From Candidatus Thorarchaeota archaeon (GTDB lineage: Archaea; Asgardarchaeota; Thorarchaeia; Thorarchaeales; Thorarchaeaceae), in NCBI GenBank assembly GCA_011364905.1, contig RDNZ01000012.1, positions 1-62,631 of the forward strand: 62,631 bases of DNA, read 5' to 3'. Shown piece after piece: positions 37,406-46,941 of this stretch. The position numbers and the translations under genes are program-made. Positions within the stretch are counted from its first letter, which is position 1. Each line of letters opens with the position of its first letter. The notes beneath the pieces are model-generated. The model saw only the letters and a program-made list of their open reading frames with translations. It had not been told where the DNA came from and ran no database searches.

Positions 37406-38383
37406 ATGGTCAATATCAGGAGACTCCAACAGACAGGAGGAAAAAGCGGAAGTTCATTTCTGATTATACTACCGAAAGATTGGGTAGTAAGACAAAAACT
37501 GAGCAAAGGAGATCCTGTGGTTGTCGCAGAACGCGAAGATGGCTGCTTGATCATTGACCCGCGTCTACCAAAAGCTGGCGAGCGAAAAACAACCACTGCA
37601 CAAATGGAACAAAATTTGCGTTGGGAAATAACAAGCAGGTATCTGCTAGGCTTTGATGAGATTCACATCGTCAGCAAGGAACCTATCACAAACGAGCAGA
37701 GAGAAGACCTCATGCGTATAATCAAGCGATTTGTGGCATTGGAAGTGACAGAGGAGGATGATTATCAGATAGTGCTTCGATGTCTTATCGACCCTGCAAC
37801 ATTGCCTGTGAACACTGCCATGCGTAGAATGCATCTTATTACTTCAAGAATGATACATGACTCAATGGCAGCCTATTTCACTGGTGCCAAGGAAATGGCC
37901 AATGAAGTGGTACAGAGGGATGAGGAGATTGACCGTCTTTTCTTCTTGATTGTCCGTGAAATACGTTCTGCCATCCAGTACCCAAGAATGAGCGAACTGA
38001 TGAATATTACACCTGTTGAAGCACTTGACTTCCGTCTTGCAGCTCAGTATATTGAGAGAATAGCAGACTTGGCTGTTGATATTGCAAGGAAAGTTGATGT
38101 TCCTATCGACACCTCTTTGAAGAAGAAGATTGAACCTATAGTAGAGAAAGTGACCAACATGTTCACAGATGCTTTCAACAACCTTTTCAAGTTCAATTCA
38201 AAAAAGGTAAGATCAGTAATTGAAGCCGAGAGAGATTTGATATCTGAGACAGGAAAACTCAGGCAACACATCGTTGCAACTCCAAACGGGCAGCCACAGA
38301 CTCAGGTCCTAGTCGTGGACAGTCTGCTGCGAATGGGTGAGGCTGCGAAAGACATTGTGGACCTGGCACTGCCACAAAGCTAG
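37406..38383 (+). CDS. phoU: AbrB-PhoU phosphate uptake regulator
   Basis: RRLQQTGG...S..I.LPKDWV AbrB domain; RDEEIDRLFFL, IERIAD PhoU domains. Confidence 0.9.
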   Translation: MVNIRRLQQTGGKSGSSFLIILPKDWVVRQKLSKGDPVVVAEREDGCLIIDPRLPKAGERKTTTAQMEQNLRWEITSRYLLGFDEIHIVSKEPITNEQREDLMRIIKRFVALEVTEEDDYQIVLRCLIDPATLPVNTAMRRMHLITSRMIHDSMAAYFTGAKEMANEVVQRDEEIDRLFFLIVREIRSAIQYPRMSELMNITPVEALDFRLAAQYIERIADLAVDIARKVDVPIDTSLKKKIEPIVEKVTNMFTDAFNNLFKFNSKKVRSVIEAERDLISETGKLRQHIVATPNGQPQTQVLVVDSLLRMGEAAKDIVDLALPQS

Positions 38384-38387
38384 AGGA

Positions 38388-39776
38388 ATGAATATGACTG
38401 AGAAATTGTTTGGCACATCAGGTATTCGAGGATCTATTATTGAATTGACAACTCCTGACCTAGCACTGGGACTAGGTCGAGCACTTGGCTCATTTCTTGA
38501 TGGAAAAGGTATAGTGGGAGTCGGTACAGATGCTCGAACTTCGCGTGAGATGCTGAAAAACGCTTTTATTAGCGGTCTGATTTCGACGGGAATCAATGCC
38601 CACGACTTGGGGATTACACCAATGCCGACCGTGGCATACTATAGTACTGTCGAAGGGATTTCTTCTTCAGTCATTATAACAGCCAGTCATAACCCGCCAA
38701 CTGACAATGGATTCAAATTCTTTTCATCAGGCCGAGAATTCATCAGGGATCAAGAGGTGTTCTTAGAAGACTCAGTGCACAAGAAGGAATACCATGTTGC
38801 TTCTTGGGACAAGATTGGAAAAATCTCGGTGGAGAACATCAAAGGAAACTACTTGGCAAAAGCAAAGAAGTTCCTTTTGAGTAGAGGTGGAGTAAGCACT
38901 GGTACGAAAGTCTTGGTCGACTTGGCAAATGGGGCTGCCACAGAGTACACACCAGAGCTTCTTGAGGCTCTCGGGTTTGCAGTGACAACCATGAACTCCC
39001 ATCAGGATGGTCATTTTCCGGGTAGACTTCCTGAGCCATCACCCAGAAACCTGGGTGATGCAATGAAAATGGCTGCAGAGTCAGATTTTGCGGTGACAAT
39101 GTGTCATGACGGCGACGGTGATAGATTGGCGGTGATTGATGAAGAGGGAGAGTTTGTTGATCAGAACCGTGTTATAGCAGTCTTTGCTAGAGATGAGGTT
39201 GAGAGAAACGGAGGAGGAATTGTTCTTACATCAATTGACACCTCTAGTGTGATTGATGAGATTGTCAAGTCAGTAGGAGGATCTGTGGTCAGAATGCCTC
39301 TAGGCTCTCTTCAAGAGTTTCTAGAGACTGAAGACGGAAAGAACGTGATATTTGCCTCAGAACCCTGGAAACCAATATTCACCAAGTATGGTTGCTGGAT
39401 GGATGGAATCACAGGTGCAGGTCGTTTTGCACAACTTGTGGATGAGCTTGGTGATGGCAGTTGCATGAAGCTGATGGAAACAGTTCCCAAATACCCAATT
39501 CTGAGAGACTTTGTTCCATGTCCAGACAAAATAAAGAAACTATTCCTACCGCGAGTAAAGGAGTTGCTTGTTCCTGAGATTAGTGGCGTGGAAAAGGTTC
39601 TCGAGGTGGACGGTGTTCGAGTTGATTACAAGGATGGTTCCTATGTTCTGATTAGAGTGTCTGGGACTGAACCAAAAGCGAGACTCTATGTTGGAGCAAA
39701 ATCACAACAGACACTGGACAAGATTACTAAGATTGCTAAGCGGATAATGGAGCAGGTTCTCGAAGAACTCCAGTGA
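38388..39776 (+). CDS. Phosphohexomutase (PMM/PGM/GlmM family)
   Basis: FGTSGIRG, ITASHNP, DGDGDR, RVSGTEPK.R. Confidence 0.93.
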   Translation: MNMTEKLFGTSGIRGSIIELTTPDLALGLGRALGSFLDGKGIVGVGTDARTSREMLKNAFISGLISTGINAHDLGITPMPTVAYYSTVEGISSSVIITASHNPPTDNGFKFFSSGREFIRDQEVFLEDSVHKKEYHVASWDKIGKISVENIKGNYLAKAKKFLLSRGGVSTGTKVLVDLANGAATEYTPELLEALGFAVTTMNSHQDGHFPGRLPEPSPRNLGDAMKMAAESDFAVTMCHDGDGDRLAVIDEEGEFVDQNRVIAVFARDEVERNGGGIVLTSIDTSSVIDEIVKSVGGSVVRMPLGSLQEFLETEDGKNVIFASEPWKPIFTKYGCWMDGITGAGRFAQLVDELGDGSCMKLMETVPKYPILRDFVPCPDKIKKLFLPRVKELLVPEISGVEKVLEVDGVRVDYKDGSYVLIRVSGTEPKARLYVGAKSQQTLDKITKIAKRIMEQVLEELQ

Positions 39777-39823
39777 CGGTAAGATTAAATCCAATAGCCT
39801 CAGTCTGACAAAATGTAGTGCAA

Positions 39824-39926
39824 GCCGGGGTATCCAAGCGGCTACGGAGGCGGTCTCGAAATATCTGCTTTAACGAGGAAACCGCTGTCTCTGGACTCAT
39901 GGGTTCGAGTCCCATCCCCGGCGCCA
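39824..39926 (+). tRNA. tRNA-Ser(CGA) with a 19-nt intron at canonical 37/38 (39861-39879)
   Basis: GCCGGGG/CCCCGGC acceptor stem, GCGGT CT CGA A [intron] A ACCGC, long variable arm, ATGGG TTCGAGT CCCAT, G73, CCA; BHB central helix CTCG/CGAG. Confidence 0.95.
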
Positions 39927-40070
39927 TTTCTTCTTTCATGGAACGACTAAGGAAATCCCGGTTCATGTGGCTTCAGAATGTTCAAGATTCACTCTTGCTG
40001 TCAACTTAGTCCAATCATTGAAATAGAACCAGCTTCTTCTCCTGTAAGAACCAAAGGAGTGAGATGCAAG

Positions 40071-40694
40071 ATGAACTCTGATGACCGATTTGACCTATGG
40101 GAGAGGAGTATTAGGCTGGTAAACGAGGGAAAAATGGCTGAGGCTGAAAAGGTCATTCAGAAGCTTATTGAGATCGATCCTGAGAATTCGGCACATTGGA
40201 TTTCGCTTGGTAGATGTCAGCTGGCTCTGAACAAACTCTCTGATGCAGAGGTTTCAGCGCAGAGGGCACTTGAATTGAGTGACAAGGAGGCATGGGCCTG
40301 GAACCTCTATGGCTGTGTTCTCAAGGCTAAGAGTGCGTTCATCGAAGCAGAGCCATATTTTCGGAAGGCACTGGAACTCAACCCGAAGGATTTCACCTCA
40401 TGGAGTGGACTGAGTACGACTCTAATGGGTCAGCAAAGGGATAAGGAGGCAGAGGAAGCAGCGCTTAAGAGTATCGAGCTGAATCCCAACTTCTTTGAAG
40501 GATGGATGGTCCTGGGAATGACCCTCTTAAGAAATGGACAAGCTGAGGAATCAGAGAAGGCTTTCCGAAAAGTGACTGAGATGGCACCTCGAATGCCAGA
40601 AGCTTGGGATCTTCTAGGAATCGCATTGAAAGCCCAAGGGAAACATGATGACGCTGCAGCAGCCAAGAGTCATGCAAGCACATTACGATCATAG
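40071..40694 (+). CDS. TPR-repeat protein
   Basis: Repeated W..LG......A.....A.EL.P 34-aa units. Confidence 0.9.
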   Translation: MNSDDRFDLWERSIRLVNEGKMAEAEKVIQKLIEIDPENSAHWISLGRCQLALNKLSDAEVSAQRALELSDKEAWAWNLYGCVLKAKSAFIEAEPYFRKALELNPKDFTSWSGLSTTLMGQQRDKEAEEAALKSIELNPNFFEGWMVLGMTLLRNGQAEESEKAFRKVTEMAPRMPEAWDLLGIALKAQGKHDDAAAAKSHASTLRS

Positions 40695-40711
40695 AGAGTT
40701 TTGTCTGCAGG

Positions 40712-41053
40712 TCAGAATGTGATGATTGAGAATCCTGCCTCAGCGAATTTCAGAAGATTGCTGTGACCTTTTAGTTCACCCTTTAGTGGGACTCCAAGTT
40801 TTTCTGCAGCCTCTGTGGCCTTGAATGTAGCAGTGCACGCTTTGCACGCATGGTCAATGATACCAAATTCCATTGCTTTGTCAAAGACTGGGAGTTTGAT
40901 TGAACCATCTGCTATTCCAATCAGTAGCTTTGGAGAAGCACACTCTAGAACAGTAGTGACTTCGTGTCCATTTTCATGGAAGTTGATTGCGTTCAAAAGC
41001 AGGTGATAAAGCTGCATCTTGTTTTCATCAGTTGCTAGAAACATATACTTCAT
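40712..41053 (-). CDS. DsrE/DsrF-like protein
   Basis: H.LLNA, ACKAC, GH..L......GF.IITF. Confidence 0.75.
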   Translation of the reverse strand: MKYMFLATDENKMQLYHLLLNAINFHENGHEVTTVLECASPKLLIGIADGSIKLPVFDKAMEFGIIDHACKACTATFKATEAAEKLGVPLKGELKGHSNLLKFAEAGFSIITF

Positions 41054-41165
41054 GATAATCCCGGCAAAACACGAAAACAACCAGATAATGAGGTTTGTTG
41101 AAGAGTTATTGTTTAGAAAGATTTGATAAAGTTGGAGATCTTAATTGAAGCAGGAGGAGTGGCTC

Positions 41166-41354
41166 ATGGAACAACCAAAATTTTGTTCTTTGATGAAAAC
41201 ACTGATTGCAATGGAAGTTGTGCTTTTTCTTTTAGGAGGCACGCTCATCACTAATTTGCATCCATTATGGATGCGGAGAGCTGTAATCGTAGTTGGATGT
41301 ACTCTTTTGGTCACTGTAGTAGCATGGATAGTCATCTGCAAAAGAAGAACGTAA
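41166..41354 (+). CDS. Small 2-TM hypothetical protein
   Basis: ATG after GGAGGAG; two hydrophobic segments. Confidence 0.45.
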   Translation: MEQPKFCSLMKTLIAMEVVLFLLGGTLITNLHPLWMRRAVIVVGCTLLVTVVAWIVICKRRT

Positions 41355-41369
41355 GAATCGAGCATTGAA

Positions 41370-41413
41370 AATGGTGCGGAGGGCGAGATTCGAACTCGCG
41401 AACTTCTACAAGA
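41370..41413 (-). repeat. Direct repeat of the tRNA-Leu 3' end (att-like site)
   Basis: AATGGTGCGGAGGGCGAGATTCGAACTCGCGAACTTCTACAAGA identical to 41822-41865. Confidence 0.92.
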
Positions 41414-41425
41414 ATTCTCTCGTAA

Positions 41426-41776
41426 TTATCTTCGATTCACAAAACAAGCCATCATGATTGCTAATGCAAGTCCGATTAACACTGAAGATTGGATACAGGG
41501 GAGGAAATTTTCGCAGCCAACAGCTAGTCCAAAAGGCATTCGTTCCAGACTGTAACACCAGTTGACTAGGCGAACATATTCGATCATAACTACTGATGAA
41601 CCAACAATCAACGATACTAAAATGATAATCAACTGATAATCCAAATTCCCTCTTCGTTTTACAAGCATCCCAAGTGGTAAACCAACAAGAATCATAGTAC
41701 CTAGTATCAAGAAACTGTAGTCTAAAATTGGAGCTGGAACATATGTCACTACGGTACACTCCCCTGTTTTCTGCAT
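41426..41776 (-). CDS. Hypothetical membrane protein inside the tRNA-Leu mini-island
   Basis: ~3 hydrophobic segments; the only substantial ORF between the att repeats. Confidence 0.55.
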   Translation of the reverse strand: MQKTGECTVVTYVPAPILDYSFLILGTMILVGLPLGMLVKRRGNLDYQLIIILVSLIVGSSVVMIEYVRLVNWCYSLERMPFGLAVGCENFLPCIQSSVLIGLALAIMMACFVNRR

Positions 41777-41823
41777 ATGGCGACCAAAGGTCCATAAGCT
41801 TTTTGCAAATCATAGAAAAAGAA

Positions 41824-41911
41824 TGGTGCGGAGGGCGAGATTCGAACTCGCGAACTTCTACAAGATTGGGACCTAAACCCAACGCCTTTGACCTGGCTTG
41901 GCAACCTCCGC
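41824..41911 (-). tRNA. tRNA-Leu(TAG)
   Basis: Reverse complement GCGGAGG TTGCCAAGCCAGGTCAAAGGCG TTGGG TT TAG GT CCCAA, variable arm, GCGAG TTCGAAT CTCGC CCTCCGC A CCA. Confidence 0.96.
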
Positions 41912-41961
41912 ATAAGTGAAACAGGATGGTCAACCGACCAGTTTTAACCGTTTTGTATCTT

Positions 41962-42099
41962 TCAGTCCTCTACGGTTTCCCAAGTGTGGTTGCAACGTGG
42001 ACAACGCCATTTCTTTCTGTACTTGCCGGCTCCAAACATCTCCTTTCTGACCAGAGCGACCTCATTGAATCCGCATTTTATGCAAGTTTTTTCGTCCAT
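41962..42099 (-). CDS. Zinc-ribbon microprotein (45 aa, not in ORF track)
   Basis: MDEKTCIKCGFNEVALVRKEMFGAGKYRKKWRCPRCNHTWETVED*. Confidence 0.7.
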   Translation of the reverse strand: MDEKTCIKCGFNEVALVRKEMFGAGKYRKKWRCPRCNHTWETVED

Positions 42100-42273
42100 G
42101 TGATGCATCTCACAACTGAGGAAACACGAATGTCATATCTAGTTTTGCCATCTGTATCGGGACACGTCACAATGTTTTTATTAGACTCATTAGTTGTCGG
42201 CGCGTTTCTGTAGGCAACAGCCCCGGAGCAATCCATGATTTTCTGGATTTTCCAGCATGAGTGTGATATTCAG

Positions 42274-42927
42274 ATGTCCTCAAAAAGTAGACAAACAGCG
42301 GCAAGGACCAGAGATAAGTGGCGAGAGAAGATCTGGTACCAGATTCTTGCACCGGACTATTTCGAAAACAAGGATATCGGTAGAACTCCTGCAGGTAGTC
42401 CTGAGCAACTGGTTGGAAGGACCGTTCAGCCCACACTCTACGACATAACAGGGGACTTTGATAGGATTCACGTCAAACTGCGATTCAAGATAGTGGAAGT
42501 TGCAGGGCAACAGGCGAAGACTGTGTTCTATGGGCACGAGTGGAGTTCAGACTATCTTAGAGGATTAGTACGAAGAGGCACATCTAGGATTGACTGGATT
42601 GGCCCCATCCTGACCAAAGACGACTATCTAATGCGTATTTCAGTCATTGTCTTCACAACCACTCGGGCAAAGACAAGCCAAGAACATGCAGTCAGAAAGG
42701 CAATTGAGAAGGTCATTCGTGCTCACGCAAAGAAGCATGTTTTCGACGAGCTTGTCACTAAAGTCGTTCTTGGTGATCTTGCGGCAGAGGTTCGCGAAGA
42801 CGTGAGAAAGATAATCCCAATTCGTGAGTCCGAAATCAGAAAGAGCAAGGTACTCAAGGGACCGGAAGAGGTCAAAGTCAGAAGGGCTAGACTACGAAGA
42901 GGCACTACTGCTGAGAAGGAAAAGTGA
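42274..42927 (+). CDS. rps3ae: 30S ribosomal protein S3Ae
   Basis: DKWREK.WY.I.AP, GR.V..TL.D.TGD, DYLR.LVRR.TSRID, EIRK. Confidence 0.97.
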   Translation: MSSKSRQTAARTRDKWREKIWYQILAPDYFENKDIGRTPAGSPEQLVGRTVQPTLYDITGDFDRIHVKLRFKIVEVAGQQAKTVFYGHEWSSDYLRGLVRRGTSRIDWIGPILTKDDYLMRISVIVFTTTRAKTSQEHAVRKAIEKVIRAHAKKHVFDELVTKVVLGDLAAEVREDVRKIIPIRESEIRKSKVLKGPEEVKVRRARLRRGTTAEKEK

Positions 42928-42943
42928 GAGTGACCTTTCGCTA

Positions 42944-43297
42944 CTATTTGTCAATGCCTTCAAGCTTGTGAAGCGCCTGTAGTAGCAGTACCATTAGGTT
43001 AGCAAGCTTAGTGAGAGCTTCGGTGTCTGTTTCTCTATCGACTACCTCGTTGAGAGCTTTCAATTTGTTGATCAGGGTCTCCCGTAGCTCTGGAATCAGT
43101 GTCTTCACAGCTTGAGCTTCCACTTCCTCATCGGATTGGGCGTATACTATTCGTCTATCACACTTAGCACAATAGATGTCATCTTTCACCTTCAACAATG
43201 GAGACCCACACTGAGGGCAAGCATCGGCAAGCATTGTGGCTCCTTGTCGCAGAAGCTGTGCCATTCTTTTTACAGACGCATCATCTTTGTCACTCAT
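42944..43297 (-). CDS. UPF0148 / Sjogren-scleroderma autoantigen 1 zinc-finger protein
   Basis: MAQLLRQGATMLADACPQCGSPL....YCAKC. Confidence 0.9.
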   Translation of the reverse strand: MSDKDDASVKRMAQLLRQGATMLADACPQCGSPLLKVKDDIYCAKCDRRIVYAQSDEEVEAQAVKTLIPELRETLINKLKALNEVVDRETDTEALTKLANLMVLLLQALHKLEGIDK

Positions 43298-43487
43298 AGT
43301 CCTCACTCAGAAACAAGAAGTTGTTAGGATATAAGAGAATCTGCATTACTGTAGAGGCTGTCTGAGGGTGAGAGAGATACTCGTGAACTCGGTAGGTCTG
43401 ATGAAAACGTTGATATGGTTAATTCGGTGAAAGGCACTCGTTGTTCGCACTCCGTTTGTGCGTAAAGACCATTCAGAGGTGAGTCCT

Positions 43488-43751
43488 TTGGACCCCGAAA
43501 CACAGAAGAGCATAGACCAGTCTAAACACCTCCTAAAACAAATTTCGGAGGATTCTTCAGTTCCCAGGAATATAAGGCGCGCAGCCAATGAGGCAATCAC
43601 TGTTCTTGAGAACGAAATTGACTCTCCAGCCGTGAGAGCGCAGAATGCGATATCAATCTTGGATGAGCCAAGCCAGGACCCGAACTGCCCAAACCATGCT
43701 CGGACTAAGATTTGGCACGTATCCAGCTTGCTAGAGCCAATTCGTGACTAG
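43488..43751 (+). CDS. UPF0147 family protein
   Basis: I.ED.SVPRNIRRAA, A.S.LD....DPN.P.HART.IW. Confidence 0.9.
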   Translation: MDPETQKSIDQSKHLLKQISEDSSVPRNIRRAANEAITVLENEIDSPAVRAQNAISILDEPSQDPNCPNHARTKIWHVSSLLEPIRD

Positions 43752-43843
43752 CTCTGTTTGGTACGTAGTGGTGATTCAACAAAATCAGCCAGACCGTGAC
43801 AAAACAGCGTGATGGCACCCATTTCCCGGGTCAGTGTTTGCCC

Positions 43844-45313
43844 ATGATTAAGGCGAGGATAAGAGGAATCTATTCACAGTCATTGACGCAGATATTGCTG
43901 CAAAATCACTTTGATATTGTGCAGCCTACGCCAGAGGTGGCAAGAAGGTTCGGGCTTCCTTATCGCAGCGATATTCCAGATGTCGATATATGGGATAGAA
44001 GTGACCTTCAAGGAATAGTGGCAATTGCATATGAATCCGTGTTGACTCGCTTAACCGACGTTTTACGTCGGAGATTGGGAGGTGTCATAACCAGAACCCC
44101 AAGGGTCGCTAAGAGCTCAGTATACAAGGGAATTGTTCTAGGAAAGGATGACCGGACCGGACAGACGAAGGTAGACTTAGGCGCAATCTCAGGGCTACTT
44201 CCTGATAGAGGACTCAAGAAAGGGCAGCCGATAATGGTCCAAATACGAGCTCACGATTATGGACGAAAAGCGCCAGTTCTCTCCTCAAGTATTACAATTC
44301 CTGGACAAGCCGCTGTTCTTCTTCCTGAACCCGTAATACGTCTCAGTACAAAGATTAAGGATCAGGAGTCCCGGAGGAACCTATTGTCTCTTGGGCGTAA
44401 GATTCGTGAGCACACAGAGAATTGGGGAGTGCTATGGAGAACAGCAGCAGAGAAACTCACCGAAGAAGAGCTGCGTAATGAGGTGGATGACCTTCTGGAT
44501 ACGGCACAACAGGTTTTCAAAAAATTCAATGATCTCGATGAAGCTGGTGTTCTTTTTGAAGGAACCAGTAATGCGGACATCGAGTTTCCTTTGGAAGTAA
44601 AAGACGCACTTGACAAGACTCGGGCAAAAATCAAACCAACATTGAAACACCACCACTTCTACAAAAGCGCTGGATATGCGTCACTTGTTGATTTGGCAGA
44701 GATGATTATCGAAGACCGTCCTGAGGAGCGGAGCTATATTACCTCAAAACTTGAAAAGGTTGTATCACGGGACTTGCCTCGAGTTGATGATTCGGTCAAC
44801 ATTGAACATGTAAAATTGGACGGTAGAAATATCGTACTTTCTAGAGGAAGGATTATTGAAACAACTTCCAAGGGATTCGTAATCAGAAGACAGTTCAGAC
44901 ACACAAATCGTAAACTAAAGATGAATCAAGACAGCTATGAGGGTGTTGATGTGGTAAGTAGTGAGGGGGACTATGCATTGACTCAGGTAATCCCTGGTGC
45001 GCTTTCGCTGGTGACAGATTATTTCTCGCGTGATGGACATATCAAAGGCACATACGTCAACATTAACACAGGGGTCGAGGTCTACCCAAGCAACGGAAAC
45101 AGTCCAGGGAGAGTCCGGTATATTGACCTGGAGATTGATGTGGTGAAAGCACCAATCACGGAAGAGCCTCGTATAATAGATCAACATCTTCTGAAAAGAG
45201 CAGTCCAGCGAGGCTTCATTACTCAGGAGATGGCTGATGAGTCGCGTTTGAAAGCCCAGACGATCTTTGATGAATTGGCGATGTCGACGGAAACCGGTTC
45301 TGAAGCAACTTGA
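43844..45313 (+). CDS. fau-1: FAU-1 RNA-binding endoribonuclease (DUF402)
   Basis: RIRGIYS..LT, WG.LWRT.A, HH..K, Y.NINT.VE, Y.DLEIDVVK. Confidence 0.88.
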   Translation: MIKARIRGIYSQSLTQILLQNHFDIVQPTPEVARRFGLPYRSDIPDVDIWDRSDLQGIVAIAYESVLTRLTDVLRRRLGGVITRTPRVAKSSVYKGIVLGKDDRTGQTKVDLGAISGLLPDRGLKKGQPIMVQIRAHDYGRKAPVLSSSITIPGQAAVLLPEPVIRLSTKIKDQESRRNLLSLGRKIREHTENWGVLWRTAAEKLTEEELRNEVDDLLDTAQQVFKKFNDLDEAGVLFEGTSNADIEFPLEVKDALDKTRAKIKPTLKHHHFYKSAGYASLVDLAEMIIEDRPEERSYITSKLEKVVSRDLPRVDDSVNIEHVKLDGRNIVLSRGRIIETTSKGFVIRRQFRHTNRKLKMNQDSYEGVDVVSSEGDYALTQVIPGALSLVTDYFSRDGHIKGTYVNINTGVEVYPSNGNSPGRVRYIDLEIDVVKAPITEEPRIIDQHLLKRAVQRGFITQEMADESRLKAQTIFDELAMSTETGSEAT

Positions 45314-45322
45314 TTTTCTGGT

Positions 45323-45562
45323 TTAATCAGTGGATACTGATGTTCTCAACGATAAGTCTATGGCGCTCATTATATCCTCAAGCGTTGCAGCAAGACTTTC
45401 CAAGCTACGTGTAGATTGTATTGTGATATCTAGCCTATGATCTTCAAGTGAGCATTCAATGCAGAGACCTTCTGGTAATGGAGAGTTATCTGGAGATATT
45501 GCAGAGAGTGTCCGTCTTGCTTCTTCATCAGAGCTGAAGTGAAGCTGAATTCGTACGATCAC
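45323..45562 (-). CDS. pcc1: KEOPS subunit Pcc1
   Basis: A......I.PDN, SL.ATL.D; synteny after the DHH-fold gene. Confidence 0.85.
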   Translation of the reverse strand: MIVRIQLHFSSDEEARRTLSAISPDNSPLPEGLCIECSLEDHRLDITIQSTRSLESLAATLEDIMSAIDLSLRTSVSTD

Positions 45563-46908
45563 GAGAGAATCTCCTTCTCTGTTGCTGAACCTAATGAATC
45601 GAGGACATCTGCTTGCGATTCTTTCGGGAGTTTCCTGAACAAAAGCGACTTTGTTGATGTCAGTATTGGATCTAGACCTTGATTTCGTAGGGTTTGAAGA
45701 GCAGCCTTTGTGTCTATGTTTTCATCTGTCCAAATTGCGATAGTTGATTCATCACTATTAATCAGAAGGGGACGTTCTTGATTGGCAATACCACTCTGGA
45801 GTATGACACGACCTACATCGGTCAATATTTCACTCTGGACTCCTGCAACTTCAATTGAGGTGCTTGTTTCAGTGGAAATGCCCTTGAGTTTTGTTTGTAG
45901 TCGTTCTATTGTTGAGATGACATCTTTGTGATGGCTCAGGTATATGTCTATTACATTCCGTAGGGCTCTTCCCCTGTCCCCAATCCAAATGCTCATTGCA
46001 GCTCCTTGTTCTTGTCGAGCCCATGAGGTTTCTGCAATGGCCTCCAGCCCTGACAGATATCGGAGCGGACTGTTTTCGGCTTCCAACAATAGAATATAGT
46101 CAGTCCCCATAATCTGAGCTATTATGCTTGGTCCAAATTCAGCAAGTAACCTAGATGTTAGATGTTGCGTCAGACTTTGAGCTTCCTTGTTACTCAGTTC
46201 ACTCATTGGACTATGAAGCTTAGTGACTGGAATTTCAGCTTCGTTGAGTAAAGAGTCACAGGCTTTTTGGTTTCCACTTAAACCAAGGATGAAAGGACGT
46301 GTGTTGTAGTGGAATAATTCATCAAGAGGCAGAAACCCAAAGCCGAATAGTCTGACTCCCTTGCGTTCTTCAATTAGCTTCTTTTCTTTGGCTTTCTTGA
46401 CAATCTCATCATCAACCTTCTGAGTAAGCTTAGCTGGTTCGGTACTAAGTAGGATAGCTCCAGCAGCTATCTGTAAGTCATAGTCATTGGCGCTAAGTAG
46501 TTGTTCTGAAAACAGATAACCAGCAGCAGATACTGTTTCCGTTGTTCCACATGTCAATGATTCTACCTGTTCAGATTGAGAAGCTCCACCCAAGAAGATT
46601 GGATAGCTCTTCCCTTTACGGATTCTTTTCTTTCCTAGGGTATCAATTCCAACAAAAATCAAATTAGCAGATTCATGCAATGAACGAAGTTCAATCACTC
46701 TATCCAAGCTTATTATAGGATGTTCAAATGATACATGGAATTTCCCTCCAGATTTCATAATTCCTCTACATAGTAGAGCTGTGGCTAGCGTTGATCTTGT
46801 ATCAGGAGAAGAAACTAAGACTGTTTGGTTGTCATTCTTAAAACCAATCTCTGCACACTGATTTTTCAGTGACTTGAGAGATATAGAACCATGTCTTTTT
46901 TTACTCAT
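45559..46908 (-). CDS. RecJ/DHH-fold GAN (Cdc45-like) protein with degenerate catalytic motifs
   Basis: RLFG...PL......PFI.GLSGN..AC..LL.EA.I insertion typical of GAN; position between rps15 and pcc1; DxD and DHH motifs missing. Confidence 0.7.
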   Translation of the reverse strand: MSKKRHGSISLKSLKNQCAEIGFKNDNQTVLVSSPDTRSTLATALLCRGIMKSGGKFHVSFEHPIISLDRVIELRSLHESANLIFVGIDTLGKKRIRKGKSYPIFLGGASQSEQVESLTCGTTETVSAAGYLFSEQLLSANDYDLQIAAGAILLSTEPAKLTQKVDDEIVKKAKEKKLIEERKGVRLFGFGFLPLDELFHYNTRPFILGLSGNQKACDSLLNEAEIPVTKLHSPMSELSNKEAQSLTQHLTSRLLAEFGPSIIAQIMGTDYILLLEAENSPLRYLSGLEAIAETSWARQEQGAAMSIWIGDRGRALRNVIDIYLSHHKDVISTIERLQTKLKGISTETSTSIEVAGVQSEILTDVGRVILQSGIANQERPLLINSDESTIAIWTDENIDTKAALQTLRNQGLDPILTSTKSLLFRKLPKESQADVLDSLGSATEKEILS

Positions 46909-46941
46909 TTCACGAAAACGGGTTTGTCGTGCATGATAAAA

